Assembly (NCBI GenBank): GCA_965197645.1 | Contig: OZ240219.1 | Coordinates: 1,376,001 to 1,440,000, forward strand | Direction of reading: 5' to 3' | Length of the DNA stretch: 64,000 bases | DNA from: Dehalococcoidia bacterium | GTDB lineage: Bacteria; Chloroflexota; Dehalococcoidia; Plut-88900 | Shown here: positions 1-9,142 of the stretch, piece by piece | Numbering within the stretch: the stretch's first letter is position 1 | Layout: the number at the start of each line of letters is the position of its first letter | Notes under the pieces: model-generated | What the model saw: the letters and a program-made list of their open reading frames with translations, nothing else | The model's database searches: none | What the model was told of the DNA's origin: nothing | Translations under genes and position numbers: made by a program

Positions 1-2
1 TC

Positions 3-458
3 CAGGTGGCGGGCAACGACGCCCGGACCCTGGTGTGGGAGCTGGGCAAGGAACGGGTGACCGAGGACGACATCACCTCGCTCCCCGTCCACCACTGCTA
101 CGTCCGCGCCACCGTGGGAACGGAGCGGATGCCCGCCTTCTCGATGATGGTCAGAAAGCCGGAGGACGGAGACCCCGACGCCGCCGACCGCATCCGCGAG
201 GCCACGTCCGCCTACACCGTCTCCGACCGCGAGGGCGAGTACGCCGACGCAGACGGCCACAAGAAGGTGGGCGACTACCGCAAGGGCGTCGAGGACCTCG
301 AACAGGGAGGGACGGGAGAGCCGCAGGCCGAGGAGGACGCGGACCGCAGAACGCAGAAGAGCAAGCGAGACCGGGAAGCGTCGGACGCCGCGAGCGAGGC
401 GGGGTACGCCGACGAGGACCGCGCCGCCGAAGACGAGGGAGAGGAGGCTGAGCTATGA
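3..458 (+). CDS. C-terminal part of a VirD4/TraD-like type IV coupling protein (partial)
   Basis: QVAGNDA...EDDITSLPVHHCYVR resembles the FRVGxxDA...DLxxLPxxxxY tail of T4CP ATPases; acidic tail; ATGA overlap with the relaxase-like gene. Confidence 0.6.
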   Translation, partial: QVAGNDARTLVWELGKERVTEDDITSLPVHHCYVRATVGTERMPAFSMMVRKPEDGDPDAADRIREATSAYTVSDREGEYADADGHKKVGDYRKGVEDLEQGGTGEPQAEEDADRRTQKSKRDREASDAASEAGYADEDRAAEDEGEEAEL

Positions 459-2107
459 GACCCGAAGGATGCGAGGCGGAGCTGCTCCGCGCCCTGGCCG
501 CGATGCCCTTCCTCGACCGCCTGGAGATGGTCGCCGTCACCGGCTGGTCGAGGGGACCGGTCTACGAGGCCGCCGCAAAGCTGGAGTCGGAAGGCTTCTG
601 CGCATCGGCGCTCCACGCCACCGACATCCTCCCCCCGGCGCGGAGGTTCCACCTCACCGCAGCGGGGCTGCGCAGGCTCGCCGACGAGGAGGACATCTCC
701 CCCGACGAGCTGGTGCGCTCCCGCCCCGTCTCCGCCCAGTGGCGGCGCAACCTCATGGAGCGCATGGACGCCCTGGCCGCCGTCTATCACGTCGCGTCCA
801 TCGTCTCCAACGTCGGCTATCCCATCGACTTCCGCTGGTACAGGGCCATGCCGATGGACGCCGCCATGACCCTCCCGGACGGCAGGACCATCGGCGTCGT
901 CAGGCAGGGACTCACCGCCGACAGGTCGGGCTTCGCCAAGCGCATCTGGCGGATGCGCGACGAGCCGATGCCCGGGGCCGTGCTCATGCTCATGGCCGAC
1001 CACGTGCGGCTCAGGCACGCCCGAAGGATGCTGGCCACCACCCGCATACCCGCCCTGTTCGCCGTCGAGCGCGAGGCGGTCCTGGCCAAGCCCGGAGACC
1101 GGATATGGAGTCCCTCCGCCGTCAGCGCGTCCCTAGACCTGCGCTACGTCCTCGACCGGCTGGGTCCGGGCGGGCAGCTTCCGGTAGAGCCGGAGCCGCA
1201 GCGGGCCGACTTCCCCGCCGACGTCGCCGTCGAGGGGCCGGAGTGGGACATCTCCGACCCCATGCTGCCCTTCATGCTCAAGTCCGCAGAGAAGCGCGCC
1301 CTCGACGCCATCTCCGACTGGCCCTGGATCGCCCTGGGAGACCTGGCCGGGCTGCTGGGCGTCTCGCCCCAGAGGGCTTCGCAACTGGTCAACCCCCTGG
1401 AGGGATTCGACCTGGCGGCGCGGCCCCGCGACGCGGGCGGACGCCTCGTGGTCGCCGACCGGGGGCTGGCCCTGCTCGCCCGCAGGGACCGCACCTCCGT
1501 CGGCCTGGCGAGGAAGCGGTGGAGCGTCGCCCCGCGGGACGCCGACGCCCCGCTGGAGTGGCGCAACGTCTCCGGCAGCAGAACGCGGCAGCTTCTCAGG
1601 AACATGGAGCACACCGACGCCGTCCACGGCTTCCTGGCCGCCCTGACCGCGCAGGCCCCCCTGCTGGAGTGGGAGGTCGTCCAGCTCGACCCGCCCAGGA
1701 GGGCGTCGAGGCACTTCAGGCACGAGGGCGGGATGCGCTCCGTCAACCCCGACGCCTTCGGCGTACTGAAGAAGGGCGATGCGACCTGGGCCTTCTTCCT
1801 TGAGTGGGAGCGAAGGGCCGTGCGGCCCTCAACCATGTCCCAGCGACTCGCCCCCTATCTGCGCTACTACTCATCCCACAGACCCACCGACGACCACGGC
1901 ACGAGACCCTCGGTCCTGGTCGTCTTCGACGACGAGATCGCACAGACCCACTTCCTGCGCGTGGCGCGGGAGGAGATGCGGGCGGAGGGCGCGACGGTGC
2001 CCCTGTGGGTGTCCCACAGGGAGGCCGTCCACGCCCTGGGGCCGCTGGGACGCGCATGGCGCGTCCCCGGCGATTGGGAGTCGCCCCAGGCCCCGACGCC
2101 CCCATGA
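455..2107 (+). CDS. Replication-relaxation (Replic_Relax) family protein, apparently a tandem duplication
   Basis: C-terminal HTDAVHGF...VNPDAFG...FFLEWER motif typical of the family; two wHTH-like segments. Confidence 0.75.
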   Translation: MRPEGCEAELLRALAAMPFLDRLEMVAVTGWSRGPVYEAAAKLESEGFCASALHATDILPPARRFHLTAAGLRRLADEEDISPDELVRSRPVSAQWRRNLMERMDALAAVYHVASIVSNVGYPIDFRWYRAMPMDAAMTLPDGRTIGVVRQGLTADRSGFAKRIWRMRDEPMPGAVLMLMADHVRLRHARRMLATTRIPALFAVEREAVLAKPGDRIWSPSAVSASLDLRYVLDRLGPGGQLPVEPEPQRADFPADVAVEGPEWDISDPMLPFMLKSAEKRALDAISDWPWIALGDLAGLLGVSPQRASQLVNPLEGFDLAARPRDAGGRLVVADRGLALLARRDRTSVGLARKRWSVAPRDADAPLEWRNVSGSRTRQLLRNMEHTDAVHGFLAALTAQAPLLEWEVVQLDPPRRASRHFRHEGGMRSVNPDAFGVLKKGDATWAFFLEWERRAVRPSTMSQRLAPYLRYYSSHRPTDDHGTRPSVLVVFDDEIAQTHFLRVAREEMRAEGATVPLWVSHREAVHALGPLGRAWRVPGDWESPQAPTPP

Positions 2108-2182
2108 ACGAAGAACACGACTGCGGGAGCGTGAGCCGCACGGCCGCTCCCGCCTCTATTGCTCACAGGAGACCGAATAGCC

Positions 2183-2464
2183 ATGAGATCGCAGGACGCC
2201 AACGAAGCGAAGGGACACCGGAGGCGTGGAGGACGGGCCGTTGTCCGGCTCAACGCGGCGGCGCTCTGGCAGCGGTTGGCACTGCTCAACCGCTCCCAGA
2301 GCTGGCTCGCCGGAGAGGTCGGCATCAGCCACGGATACCTCTCCATGCTGGTCAACACGGGGCGAGCGCCCTCCGGACGCATCCGCACGCGGATGCAGAA
2401 GGCCCTTGAAGTGGAGAACTTTGAAGACCTTTTCGAACTGGAGGATAGCGATGACACAACCTAA
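2183..2464 (+). CDS. XRE-family helix-turn-helix protein
   Basis: SQSWLAGEVGISHGYLSMLVNTGRAPS HTH; AGGAG RBS upstream of ATG 2183. Confidence 0.8.
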   Translation: MRSQDANEAKGHRRRGGRAVVRLNAAALWQRLALLNRSQSWLAGEVGISHGYLSMLVNTGRAPSGRIRTRMQKALEVENFEDLFELEDSDDTT

Positions 2465-2774
2465 CGGTAAGCCCCGCATCGACGGGAGCATCGAAGACTA
2501 CGTGAACGACGAGGAGCGCCTGCTCTACGGAAACCGGCTGTCGGACGACTTCCCTGTACGCCTGGTGCGCCTGAAGGAGCTCGCCGACCTCACCTGGAGC
2601 GGATTCGCCAGGGCCATCGGCGTCGATTACAGGCAGATGTACAAGTGGCGCAAGCATGGCGTCGAGCCCAGCGGCGCGGCGATGGACCGGCTCTACAAGT
2701 TCGCCAGCCGGCTGCCCGGAGGTCTGGAGATCCTCCTGGGGGGGAGCTACCAGATGAGCTTCCTCAGGGACTGA
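2451..2774 (+). CDS. Helix-turn-helix (XRE/Cro-like) protein
   Basis: LTWSGFARAIGVDYRQMYKWRKHGVEPS; GGAGG RBS before ATG 2451. Confidence 0.75.
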   Translation: MTQPNGKPRIDGSIEDYVNDEERLLYGNRLSDDFPVRLVRLKELADLTWSGFARAIGVDYRQMYKWRKHGVEPSGAAMDRLYKFASRLPGGLEILLGGSYQMSFLRD

Positions 2775-2884
2775 TCCCATAGCGCCGCCGGTGCTCGCCC
2801 CGTCCGTCCGCACCGGCGGCCAAACCCCACACCTGAAACGAGAGGCCAGCGGCCCCGAGAGAGAAGCCGCTGCGACTGTGACCC

Positions 2885-3097
2885 ATGAGAGACAACGAAG
2901 GCAAGAGGAGACGAAAGAGGCCCGGCGAGGACGGCCCCGAAGACTCGCTGGACGCGCTGCTGTCATCCTACACCCCCAAACAGCGGGAGAAGGTCCTCAA
3001 AGGGCTGCGCGTCCTGGCGCGGGTGGCCGTCCGCTCCTTCATGGAGGAAGAGGCGGCCCGGTCCCAGGCCGAGGACGACACGGATGGGGAGGGGTGA
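2885..3097 (+). CDS. Small hypothetical protein
   Basis: 70-aa ORF, GC3-rich codons, co-oriented in the element. Confidence 0.6.
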   Translation: MRDNEGKRRRKRPGEDGPEDSLDALLSSYTPKQREKVLKGLRVLARVAVRSFMEEEAARSQAEDDTDGEG

Positions 3098-3140
3098 CGT
3101 GGGCTGTAGCTGGAAGGTGCGCGGCGGAGGCCGCAGCCTG

Positions 3141-3497
3141 CTAGTAGAGGATCATGTGCGTGGGAACCAGACGCTGAGCTTCGGGGTCCACCGCCAGGGC
3201 CAGACCCTCCAGGGTGTAGGCCCCCAAAAGCGGAGGGGCCTCGTCCTTTCCGAAGACGACGATGGTGACTACGCTCTCGCCGTCGATGGTGGCCCACGCC
3301 TGTCCGTACTCCATCTCGACGCGCCGCCCGTCGGCCACCAGGAACCCCCGCTTGCCCGTGGCCTCGATGCCCAGCTCCCGCAGAAGGCTTGAGGGCAGCG
3401 TGGTGAATGACGCGCCGGTGTCCACCGTCGCCTCTATGTACCGTCCCTGTTGGCCGTCCATGCTGGCAATCCGCAGCGGCCACTTGAATGTCCCCAT
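3141..3497 (-). CDS. Clan AA (retropepsin-like) aspartic protease
   Basis: VDTGASFT catalytic motif and LLGAYTLEGL C-terminal motif. Confidence 0.85.
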   Translation of the reverse strand: MGTFKWPLRIASMDGQQGRYIEATVDTGASFTTLPSSLLRELGIEATGKRGFLVADGRRVEMEYGQAWATIDGESVVTIVVFGKDEAPPLLGAYTLEGLALAVDPEAQRLVPTHMILY

Positions 3498-3574
3498 AGA
3501 GGGAGCCTCTCCATCGCAGTTTTCTACCACCCCATTTTACCCCATTCGGACCGCTCTATACAGGGGAGCGGCCA

Positions 3575-3625
3575 TTGACAGGGCGGCCCGTTTCGTTCAT
3601 GATAAGAGTAAGACTTAGTATTACT
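3575..3625 (+). promoter_or_regulatory. Sigma70-type promoter with an imperfect palindromic operator for the RHH-recombinase operon
   Basis: TTGACA (3575-3580), 17 nt, CATGAT (3598-3603); AGTAAGACTTAGTATTACT (3607-3625) is near-palindromic. Confidence 0.6.
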
Positions 3626-3644
3626 ATGGAAGGCAAAAAAACAC

Positions 3645-3869
3645 ATGCCCAGGACGACGGAGATCATCACCTTCTCGTTGCCCCCGGAGATGGCCGGGCA
3701 GGTCAGGCAACTGATGGAGGAGGAAGACCGCACCATGAGCGCCCTCATCCGCGAGGCGCTCCGCCTGTATATGCAGGAGAGGGAGTGGCTGCGGCAGGAG
3801 CGCCGCCAACGGGCCGAGACCCGCAGGAACCAACAGCGGACAGACACAAGAAGGAGGACGAGCAGATGA
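3645..3869 (+). CDS. CopG/ribbon-helix-helix DNA-binding protein
   Basis: IITFSLPPEM...RTMSALIREALRLY pattern; ATGA overlap with the recombinase. Confidence 0.85.
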   Translation: MPRTTEIITFSLPPEMAGQVRQLMEEEDRTMSALIREALRLYMQEREWLRQERRQRAETRRNQQRTDTRRRTSR

Positions 3870-5500
3870 ACGAACGACACGACTACACGCCAGCGGCCCT
3901 CTACGCCAGGGTGTCCAGCGACCGCCAGGACGTGGACCTGTCCGTGGCCGCACAGCTCAGGGCGCTCAGGGACTACGCCGACAAGAACGGCTACCTCGTC
4001 GCCCGCGAGTTCGTGGACGAGGCCGAGAGCGGACGCATCGCCGACCGCCCGGAGTTCAGCAAGATGATCGACGAGGCGAGCAGGCCCCAGGCTCCGTTCC
4101 AGGAGATTTTGGTCTGGAAGTTCTCCCGCTTCACCCGCAAGCGCGAGCACGCCGTCGCCTTCAAGTCCATGCTCCGGCGCAAGGGCGTCAGGGTGGTCTC
4201 CATCACCGAGCAGGCCGACGACAGCCCGACCGGCAAGCTGCTTGAGGGAATCATCGAGAGCGTGGACGAATTCTACAGCGAGAATTTGGCCCAGGAGGTC
4301 TTGCGAGGCATGAGAGAGGCCGCCTCTCGCGGCTTCTGGGTCGGCAGCAAGGCGCCCTACGGCTACAACCGCATCATGGTGCAGGACGGGCCGAAGAAGC
4401 GCCCCACGCTGGAGCTGGACCCGGATACGTCCCCCGTCGTCAAGCGCATCTTCGGCATGTCCGAGGCGGGAAGCGGGATGGTGGACATCACCCGCGCCCT
4501 GAACGACGACGGCATCGCCAGCCCAGGGGGAAAGCTCTGGGGCAAGACCGGCGTCCACAAGGTCCTTACCAACGAGGCTTACACGGGGACTCTCCTGTGG
4601 GGCGTGAACGCCAAGGACGGGGCCGACCCGGTGCGGGTGGAGAAGGCATTCCCGGCCATCGTCTCAAAGGCTCAGTTTCAGCGAGTCGGCAGGCAGCTGC
4701 GCCGCCGCGCCCCCAAGGTCGTGCATCCCCGAAGGGCGGGAAGCTCCTACCTGCTTAGCGGGCTGATCAAGTGCAAGACCTGCAAGAGGGCGCTCAGCGG
4801 CCAGTATTCCAAGAGCGGCCAGTTCCCATACTACGTCTGCCAGTCCCTTATGAAGCGGGGCAAGGAAGCCTGCAAGACCCCCAGGCTCGCCGCCCGGCGC
4901 TTCGAGGAGATGGTCGTCAACAAGATTCGCTCGAACGTCCTCACCGACTCCAACATCCGCGCCCTGGTGAAGGTCGTGGACGAGCAGATGGACGGTGTGG
5001 CGGGTGAGCAGCGCAAGAGGCTGGAGACCATCCAGTCCGAGCTTGCCGACGTGCGCCGCAGGCTCGACCGGCTCTACGACCTCGTGGAGACCACTGATAT
5101 GGAAATCAACGACTTCAGGCCCCGTATCCGCGACCACAGGGAGCGGCAGGAGCGTCTTGAGGCGGCGGAGGCGGAGGCGAGAGCGAGCCTCGGCCAGCGC
5201 AGGAAGGTGCTGGAACAGGTGGAGACCATCACCGCCTACGCCCAGGATATGAGCAGGTTCCTGAAGAAGAGCGGGCTGACCGAGCGCAGGACCTTCATCG
5301 AGTCCTTCGTCAAGGAGATCGTCGTCACGCCCGACAATGCCCTGATGCGCTACACGGTGCCCATGCCGGAGGATAGCCTCGCACCCGGCATGAGCGCCGA
5401 GGACATGGCGCTGAACGGCTCGGTGCTATCTACCGTGCCGGTTGGTGGGCCATCCTGGACTCGAACCAGGGACCTCGGTCTTATCAGGACCGCGCTCTAA
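3866..5500 (+). CDS. Large serine recombinase (resolvase + recombinase + zinc ribbon)
   Basis: YARVSS catalytic motif, SRFTR, G..PYGY, LLSGLIKCKTC, coiled coil; AGGAGG RBS before ATG 3866. Confidence 0.95.
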   Translation: MNERHDYTPAALYARVSSDRQDVDLSVAAQLRALRDYADKNGYLVAREFVDEAESGRIADRPEFSKMIDEASRPQAPFQEILVWKFSRFTRKREHAVAFKSMLRRKGVRVVSITEQADDSPTGKLLEGIIESVDEFYSENLAQEVLRGMREAASRGFWVGSKAPYGYNRIMVQDGPKKRPTLELDPDTSPVVKRIFGMSEAGSGMVDITRALNDDGIASPGGKLWGKTGVHKVLTNEAYTGTLLWGVNAKDGADPVRVEKAFPAIVSKAQFQRVGRQLRRRAPKVVHPRRAGSSYLLSGLIKCKTCKRALSGQYSKSGQFPYYVCQSLMKRGKEACKTPRLAARRFEEMVVNKIRSNVLTDSNIRALVKVVDEQMDGVAGEQRKRLETIQSELADVRRRLDRLYDLVETTDMEINDFRPRIRDHRERQERLEAAEAEARASLGQRRKVLEQVETITAYAQDMSRFLKKSGLTERRTFIESFVKEIVVTPDNALMRYTVPMPEDSLAPGMSAEDMALNGSVLSTVPVGGPSWTRTRDLGLIRTAL

Positions 5501-5519
5501 CCACCTGAGCTAATGGCCC
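5443..5519 (-). tRNA. tRNA-Ile(GAT)
   Basis: Reverse complement GGGCCATTAGCTCAGGTGGTTAGAGCGCGGTCCTGATAAGACCGAGGTCCCTGGTTCGAGTCCAGGATGGCCCACCA forms a cloverleaf with encoded CCA. Confidence 0.97.
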
Positions 5520-5561
5520 ACGCTCACCGATATCATCATATCACTGGTCGCTGGGGAGTGA

Positions 5562-6452
5562 CTAGCTTGGGACGCCGGCAGGGGATTTCATCTTCGCGTT
5601 GATAGTGCCGGTGGAGATGATGTGCTTCTGCATCTGCATCTCCTTCGGATCGAATCCCAGGGCCAGGCCAACCATCTGGGGAAGGTGCAGTATGGGGAGG
5701 TCTATCCGCTTGCCTTTTTGGGCCGCCGCCCGGGGCTGGTTTCCGTCCAGTTCCAGGTGGCACAGGGGGCACGGGGTCACGATGGCGTCCGCTCCCTTTT
5801 CCTTGGCCTCCAGTGTGTGGTTTCCGCACATCTCCAGCGAGTTCTCCTCGTTGGGGATCAGTATGGGAAACCCGCAGCATTTGCCCTTGCCTTTGGTGGC
5901 TATTAGCTCTCCGCCCAGCGCCTCGATGGTGTTCTCCAGGGCCTTCTTGCGGCCCTCTTTGCCCTTGGGGACCACTACCTCTGGGGGACGGCGCAGGTAG
6001 CAACCGTAGAACGCGGCCAGCTTAAGATCGGATAGGGGAGTGACAACCTGTTCCTTCAGCTTATCCAGGCCATAGTCCTCGTCCAGGACCCAGAGGAAGT
6101 GCTTGACCTCGGTGGTGCCCTTGTACTCCAATCCCTCTTCGGCCAGGAATTCCCGATTGATCCGCTCTCGATACCCGGGGTCGTTTACCAGCCTGTGGTT
6201 GGCCTGCATGATAGTGCCTTGGCAGGTGCTGCAGATGGTCATGATGGGGAGGCCCATTACCTCGGCCTTGGCCAGGGTACGAGCGTTGATCGGATCCGAG
6301 ACCTCTCGGCTGAGGACTCCGGCCCCTGTGCAGCCCACGTCTTTCAGTTCCACCAGCTCGATGCCGAGCTTCTTGGTCACCTTCACCGCTGCCGGGTAGA
6401 GCTCGGGGCAGCCGCCGCGAGAGACGCAGCCTGGGTAGAATGCATACTTCAT
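5562..6452 (-). CDS. CCG-domain subunit (HdrB-like / type E SDH anchor subunit)
   Basis: YPGC, CTG, CSTC, FYGC, CCG and CPLC motifs; ATGA overlap with sdhB. Confidence 0.85.
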   Translation of the reverse strand: MKYAFYPGCVSRGGCPELYPAAVKVTKKLGIELVELKDVGCTGAGVLSREVSDPINARTLAKAEVMGLPIMTICSTCQGTIMQANHRLVNDPGYRERINREFLAEEGLEYKGTTEVKHFLWVLDEDYGLDKLKEQVVTPLSDLKLAAFYGCYLRRPPEVVVPKGKEGRKKALENTIEALGGELIATKGKGKCCGFPILIPNEENSLEMCGNHTLEAKEKGADAIVTPCPLCHLELDGNQPRAAAQKGKRIDLPILHLPQMVGLALGFDPKEMQMQKHIISTGTINAKMKSPAGVPS

Positions 6453-7405
6453 TTCTTGGTAGCCTCCCACTTCTTGAAAATACGTTTGATGTGGCCTGAT
6501 CCGGGCCGCTTGTGATGGAGGAAGGGCATCGGAGCCTTGCGCTTGAGCATCGCCCTCATGGCCGTCGGCAGCAGCTTGACCAGACCGCCCGGGTTGAAGA
6601 ACCCTTCGGTCTCGACGGCGAGGCGGGCCTCGTCCAGCCAGCCACTGGACTTCACCGAGGCGGCGAAGCTATCGTTGTGCCTCCTGACCCTCGGCGTTCC
6701 TATGTCGTACTTGATGGCGTCGTCCCGCAGGGCCATTATCCGCTCCGTGGGATCGATCCCCTTGGGGCAGTGCTCGGTGGCCTCGTAACAGTGGACGCAG
6801 CCCCACATGCCCCGGACCTCGCTCCACTCCGTTAGCCTGCTCTTGACTTTGGTATGGCGAGGGTCCTTGGCGACACGGTACGCCTTGGTCATGGCGGCCG
6901 GTCCCAGGAAGCTCTTGTCCACGACCAGCGTGGTGCAGCCCTCGTCACACAGGCTGCACATGGTGCAGCTCATGGCCTCCTGCAGGTCTTCGATGACCTC
7001 GCTGGAGACCCTGTACTCTTCGGCCGGCTCCGGGCTGGCGGTATCTATCCAGGGCTTGACGTCCCGGTACTTATCGAACAGGAAGGTCTCCTGGTCGAAT
7101 ATCAGGTCCTTCTGCACGTTGACCAGGCGAATCGGCTCCACCGAGATCTCACCCTCTTTGGCCACCTTCCCGACGAGGGTCCGGCACGTCACCTTACCCT
7201 TTCCGCCGACCCTCATGGTGCAGTCTCCGCAGAATCCGGAGCGGCAGGAGCCTCGAAAGGCCAGGGTGCCGTCCTGCTCCTCACGTAGCCGGATCAGGGC
7301 GTCCAGAACGGTGGTGTCCTCTTCCAGGTCCAGGGTATAGCTCTGGTGCTCCCCCTTTCCGTTGGTGACCGCATCGTACCGGCGTATCTTGAACGTAAGC
7401 TCCAT
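6449..7405 (-). CDS. sdhB: Succinate dehydrogenase/fumarate reductase family iron-sulfur subunit
   Basis: [10 protein letters not shown] [2Fe-2S] motif, [23 protein letters not shown]. Confidence 0.85.
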   Translation of the reverse strand: MELTFKIRRYDAVTNGKGEHQSYTLDLEEDTTVLDALIRLREEQDGTLAFRGSCRSGFCGDCTMRVGGKGKVTCRTLVGKVAKEGEISVEPIRLVNVQKDLIFDQETFLFDKYRDVKPWIDTASPEPAEEYRVSSEVIEDLQEAMSCTMCSLCDEGCTTLVVDKSFLGPAAMTKAYRVAKDPRHTKVKSRLTEWSEVRGMWGCVHCYEATEHCPKGIDPTERIMALRDDAIKYDIGTPRVRRHNDSFAASVKSSGWLDEARLAVETEGFFNPGGLVKLLPTAMRAMLKRKAPMPFLHHKRPGSGHIKRIFKKWEATKK

Positions 7406-9052
7406 CTAGTTCTTCCCTTCCAGAGGCCAGCGGGTAACTGTGACCGGTTCATACTCCAGCTTGGGCCCTTCATCGAAACTTGTGGCGATGGTGTGTTTCA
7501 GCCAGTTTTGATCGTCTCGACCTGAGTGGTCCGTTCGGCTATGGGTCCCACGGCTCTCCTGCCTGCCGAGCGCGCCGGCGATGGTAACCGAGGCCGCGTC
7601 CAGCATGTTTGCCAGCTCCAGGACGGAGGTGAGGTCGGAGTTGAAAGTTTCGGAGCTGTTCTGCACGCCCAGGCTCTCGCAGCGCTCTCGTAGACCGACG
7701 ATAGCGTCAGAGGCCTGTTTGAGGCCGCTTTCGTCTCGAGAAATGCCCACGTTGTCGTTCATGCTGGCCGAAAGCTCTCGAAGCAGTCCACCCGGGTTGT
7801 CGGCACCCCTCTCTTTGGATAGCAGGCCTTTGATACGGGCTTCTTCGTCGGATAGAGCGGAGCCGGAGGGGCCTGACTTGGATGCGCCCGTACCATGACC
7901 GGCGGCTGCAGCCCCCGCTCTGGTGCCCATCACAACGCACTCCAGCAGCGAGTTGCCTCCCAGCCGGTTGGCGCCGTGAAAGCCCGTGTTGGCGCATTCG
8001 CCGGCCGCGTACAGGCCGGTGACCGAAGTTGCTCCCTCGGCATCGGTCTTGATGCCGCCGATGGGACGGTGCATGGCGGGCCGCACCGGCACTGGCTCTT
8101 TCGTCAGATCGATTCCGGCCAGGTCCTTTACGAGGGCCCTGGTCTCTTTTAGTCCCTTGGCGAGCCGGCCTGGATCTACCTCGGTGAAGTCGAGGAAGAC
8201 GTCGCCGTTACCCAGAGCGGAGTCGACCGCTCGGGCGCAGGCATCGCTGGTAGACAGCTTGGACACGTCGCCGTCCAGGAGGCCTTTCCCTTCGCTGTCG
8301 ACCAATCGGGCGCCGGCGGCTCGAGCTGCTTCCGATATCAATATCCCCCGGTTCTTCAAGGTAGTGGGGGCGTACTGCACCATCTCCATGTCCCGGAGCT
8401 GGGCACCGGCTCGGTAGGCCAGGGCTAAGCCGTCGGCGGTGGCGCCCAGGGACGATGTACTGGGCGCGTACATCCTGCCGGTCCCTCCGGTGGCCAGCAC
8501 TACGGCGCCCGCGGAGAACGCCTCCATGCCGCCCTTGCGAAGGTCCTTCGCCAGCACGCCTTTGCAGGTGCCGTCATCCACAACGAGAGACGAGGCGAAC
8601 CACTCGTGGTAGACGGGGATTTCCAGTCTCAGTATCTGCTCGTACAGGACCTGGAGGATGTTGTGGCCGGTGGCATCCGAGCAGTAGCAGGTGCGGGGAT
8701 GGGTCGACCCTGCGAAGGAGATCTGGTCGATCCTGCCTTCGCCGTCTCGGTTGAAGGCCACCCCCATGTGCTCCAGCCTGATGACTTCCTGGGCTGCATC
8801 CTGGCAGATAGCCTCGATTACGTCCTGCTCGTTCAGATAGTCGCCCGCGGCGACGGTATCGGCGGCGTGGGCTTCCCAGGAGTCGTCGCCCCGCAGGCTG
8901 GCGTTGATGCCGCTATGGGTGCCGGAGGAGTGGCTGCGCAGGGGATGAAGCTTCGAAAGGACCGCCACGCGGGCGCCCTGCTCTTGGGCCGAGATGGCGG
9001 CGCGCATTCCGCTGAATCCGCCGCCTACAACAAGTACATCGTGTTCGGGCAA
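7406..9052 (-). CDS. sdhA: Succinate dehydrogenase/fumarate reductase family flavoprotein with a divergent active site
   Basis: GGGFSG FAD loop, RSH, LATGG, HGANRLGGNSL, ESRG motifs; QYAPT and STSD replace QFHPT and xxRD. Confidence 0.8.
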   Translation of the reverse strand: MPEHDVLVVGGGFSGMRAAISAQEQGARVAVLSKLHPLRSHSSGTHSGINASLRGDDSWEAHAADTVAAGDYLNEQDVIEAICQDAAQEVIRLEHMGVAFNRDGEGRIDQISFAGSTHPRTCYCSDATGHNILQVLYEQILRLEIPVYHEWFASSLVVDDGTCKGVLAKDLRKGGMEAFSAGAVVLATGGTGRMYAPSTSSLGATADGLALAYRAGAQLRDMEMVQYAPTTLKNRGILISEAARAAGARLVDSEGKGLLDGDVSKLSTSDACARAVDSALGNGDVFLDFTEVDPGRLAKGLKETRALVKDLAGIDLTKEPVPVRPAMHRPIGGIKTDAEGATSVTGLYAAGECANTGFHGANRLGGNSLLECVVMGTRAGAAAAGHGTGASKSGPSGSALSDEEARIKGLLSKERGADNPGGLLRELSASMNDNVGISRDESGLKQASDAIVGLRERCESLGVQNSSETFNSDLTSVLELANMLDAASVTIAGALGRQESRGTHSRTDHSGRDDQNWLKHTIATSFDEGPKLEYEPVTVTRWPLEGKN

Positions 9053-9142
9053 GTGTCTCCCTCAGGTTTGAGATGGGGGCTTTGTATGCCGGGATGAATG
9101 TCAGCCGATTATAAGTAAAGTAGGGGAATTAGGTCAACTGAT

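Larger units (their letters stand above)
1..5450. mobile_element. Right end of an integrative (mobilizable/conjugative) element abutting the 3' end of tRNA-Ile; left end outside the window
   Basis: Co-oriented T4CP-like fragment, Replic_Relax protein, HTH/RHH regulators and a large serine recombinase ending at the tRNA; housekeeping-type genes resume after the tRNA. Confidence 0.8.

Noticed and set aside
3575-3865. N-terminal extension of the recombinase in the ORF track (641 aa)
   Set aside because: It overlaps the promoter and the RHH gene; the real start is ATG 3866 with an AGGAGG RBS.
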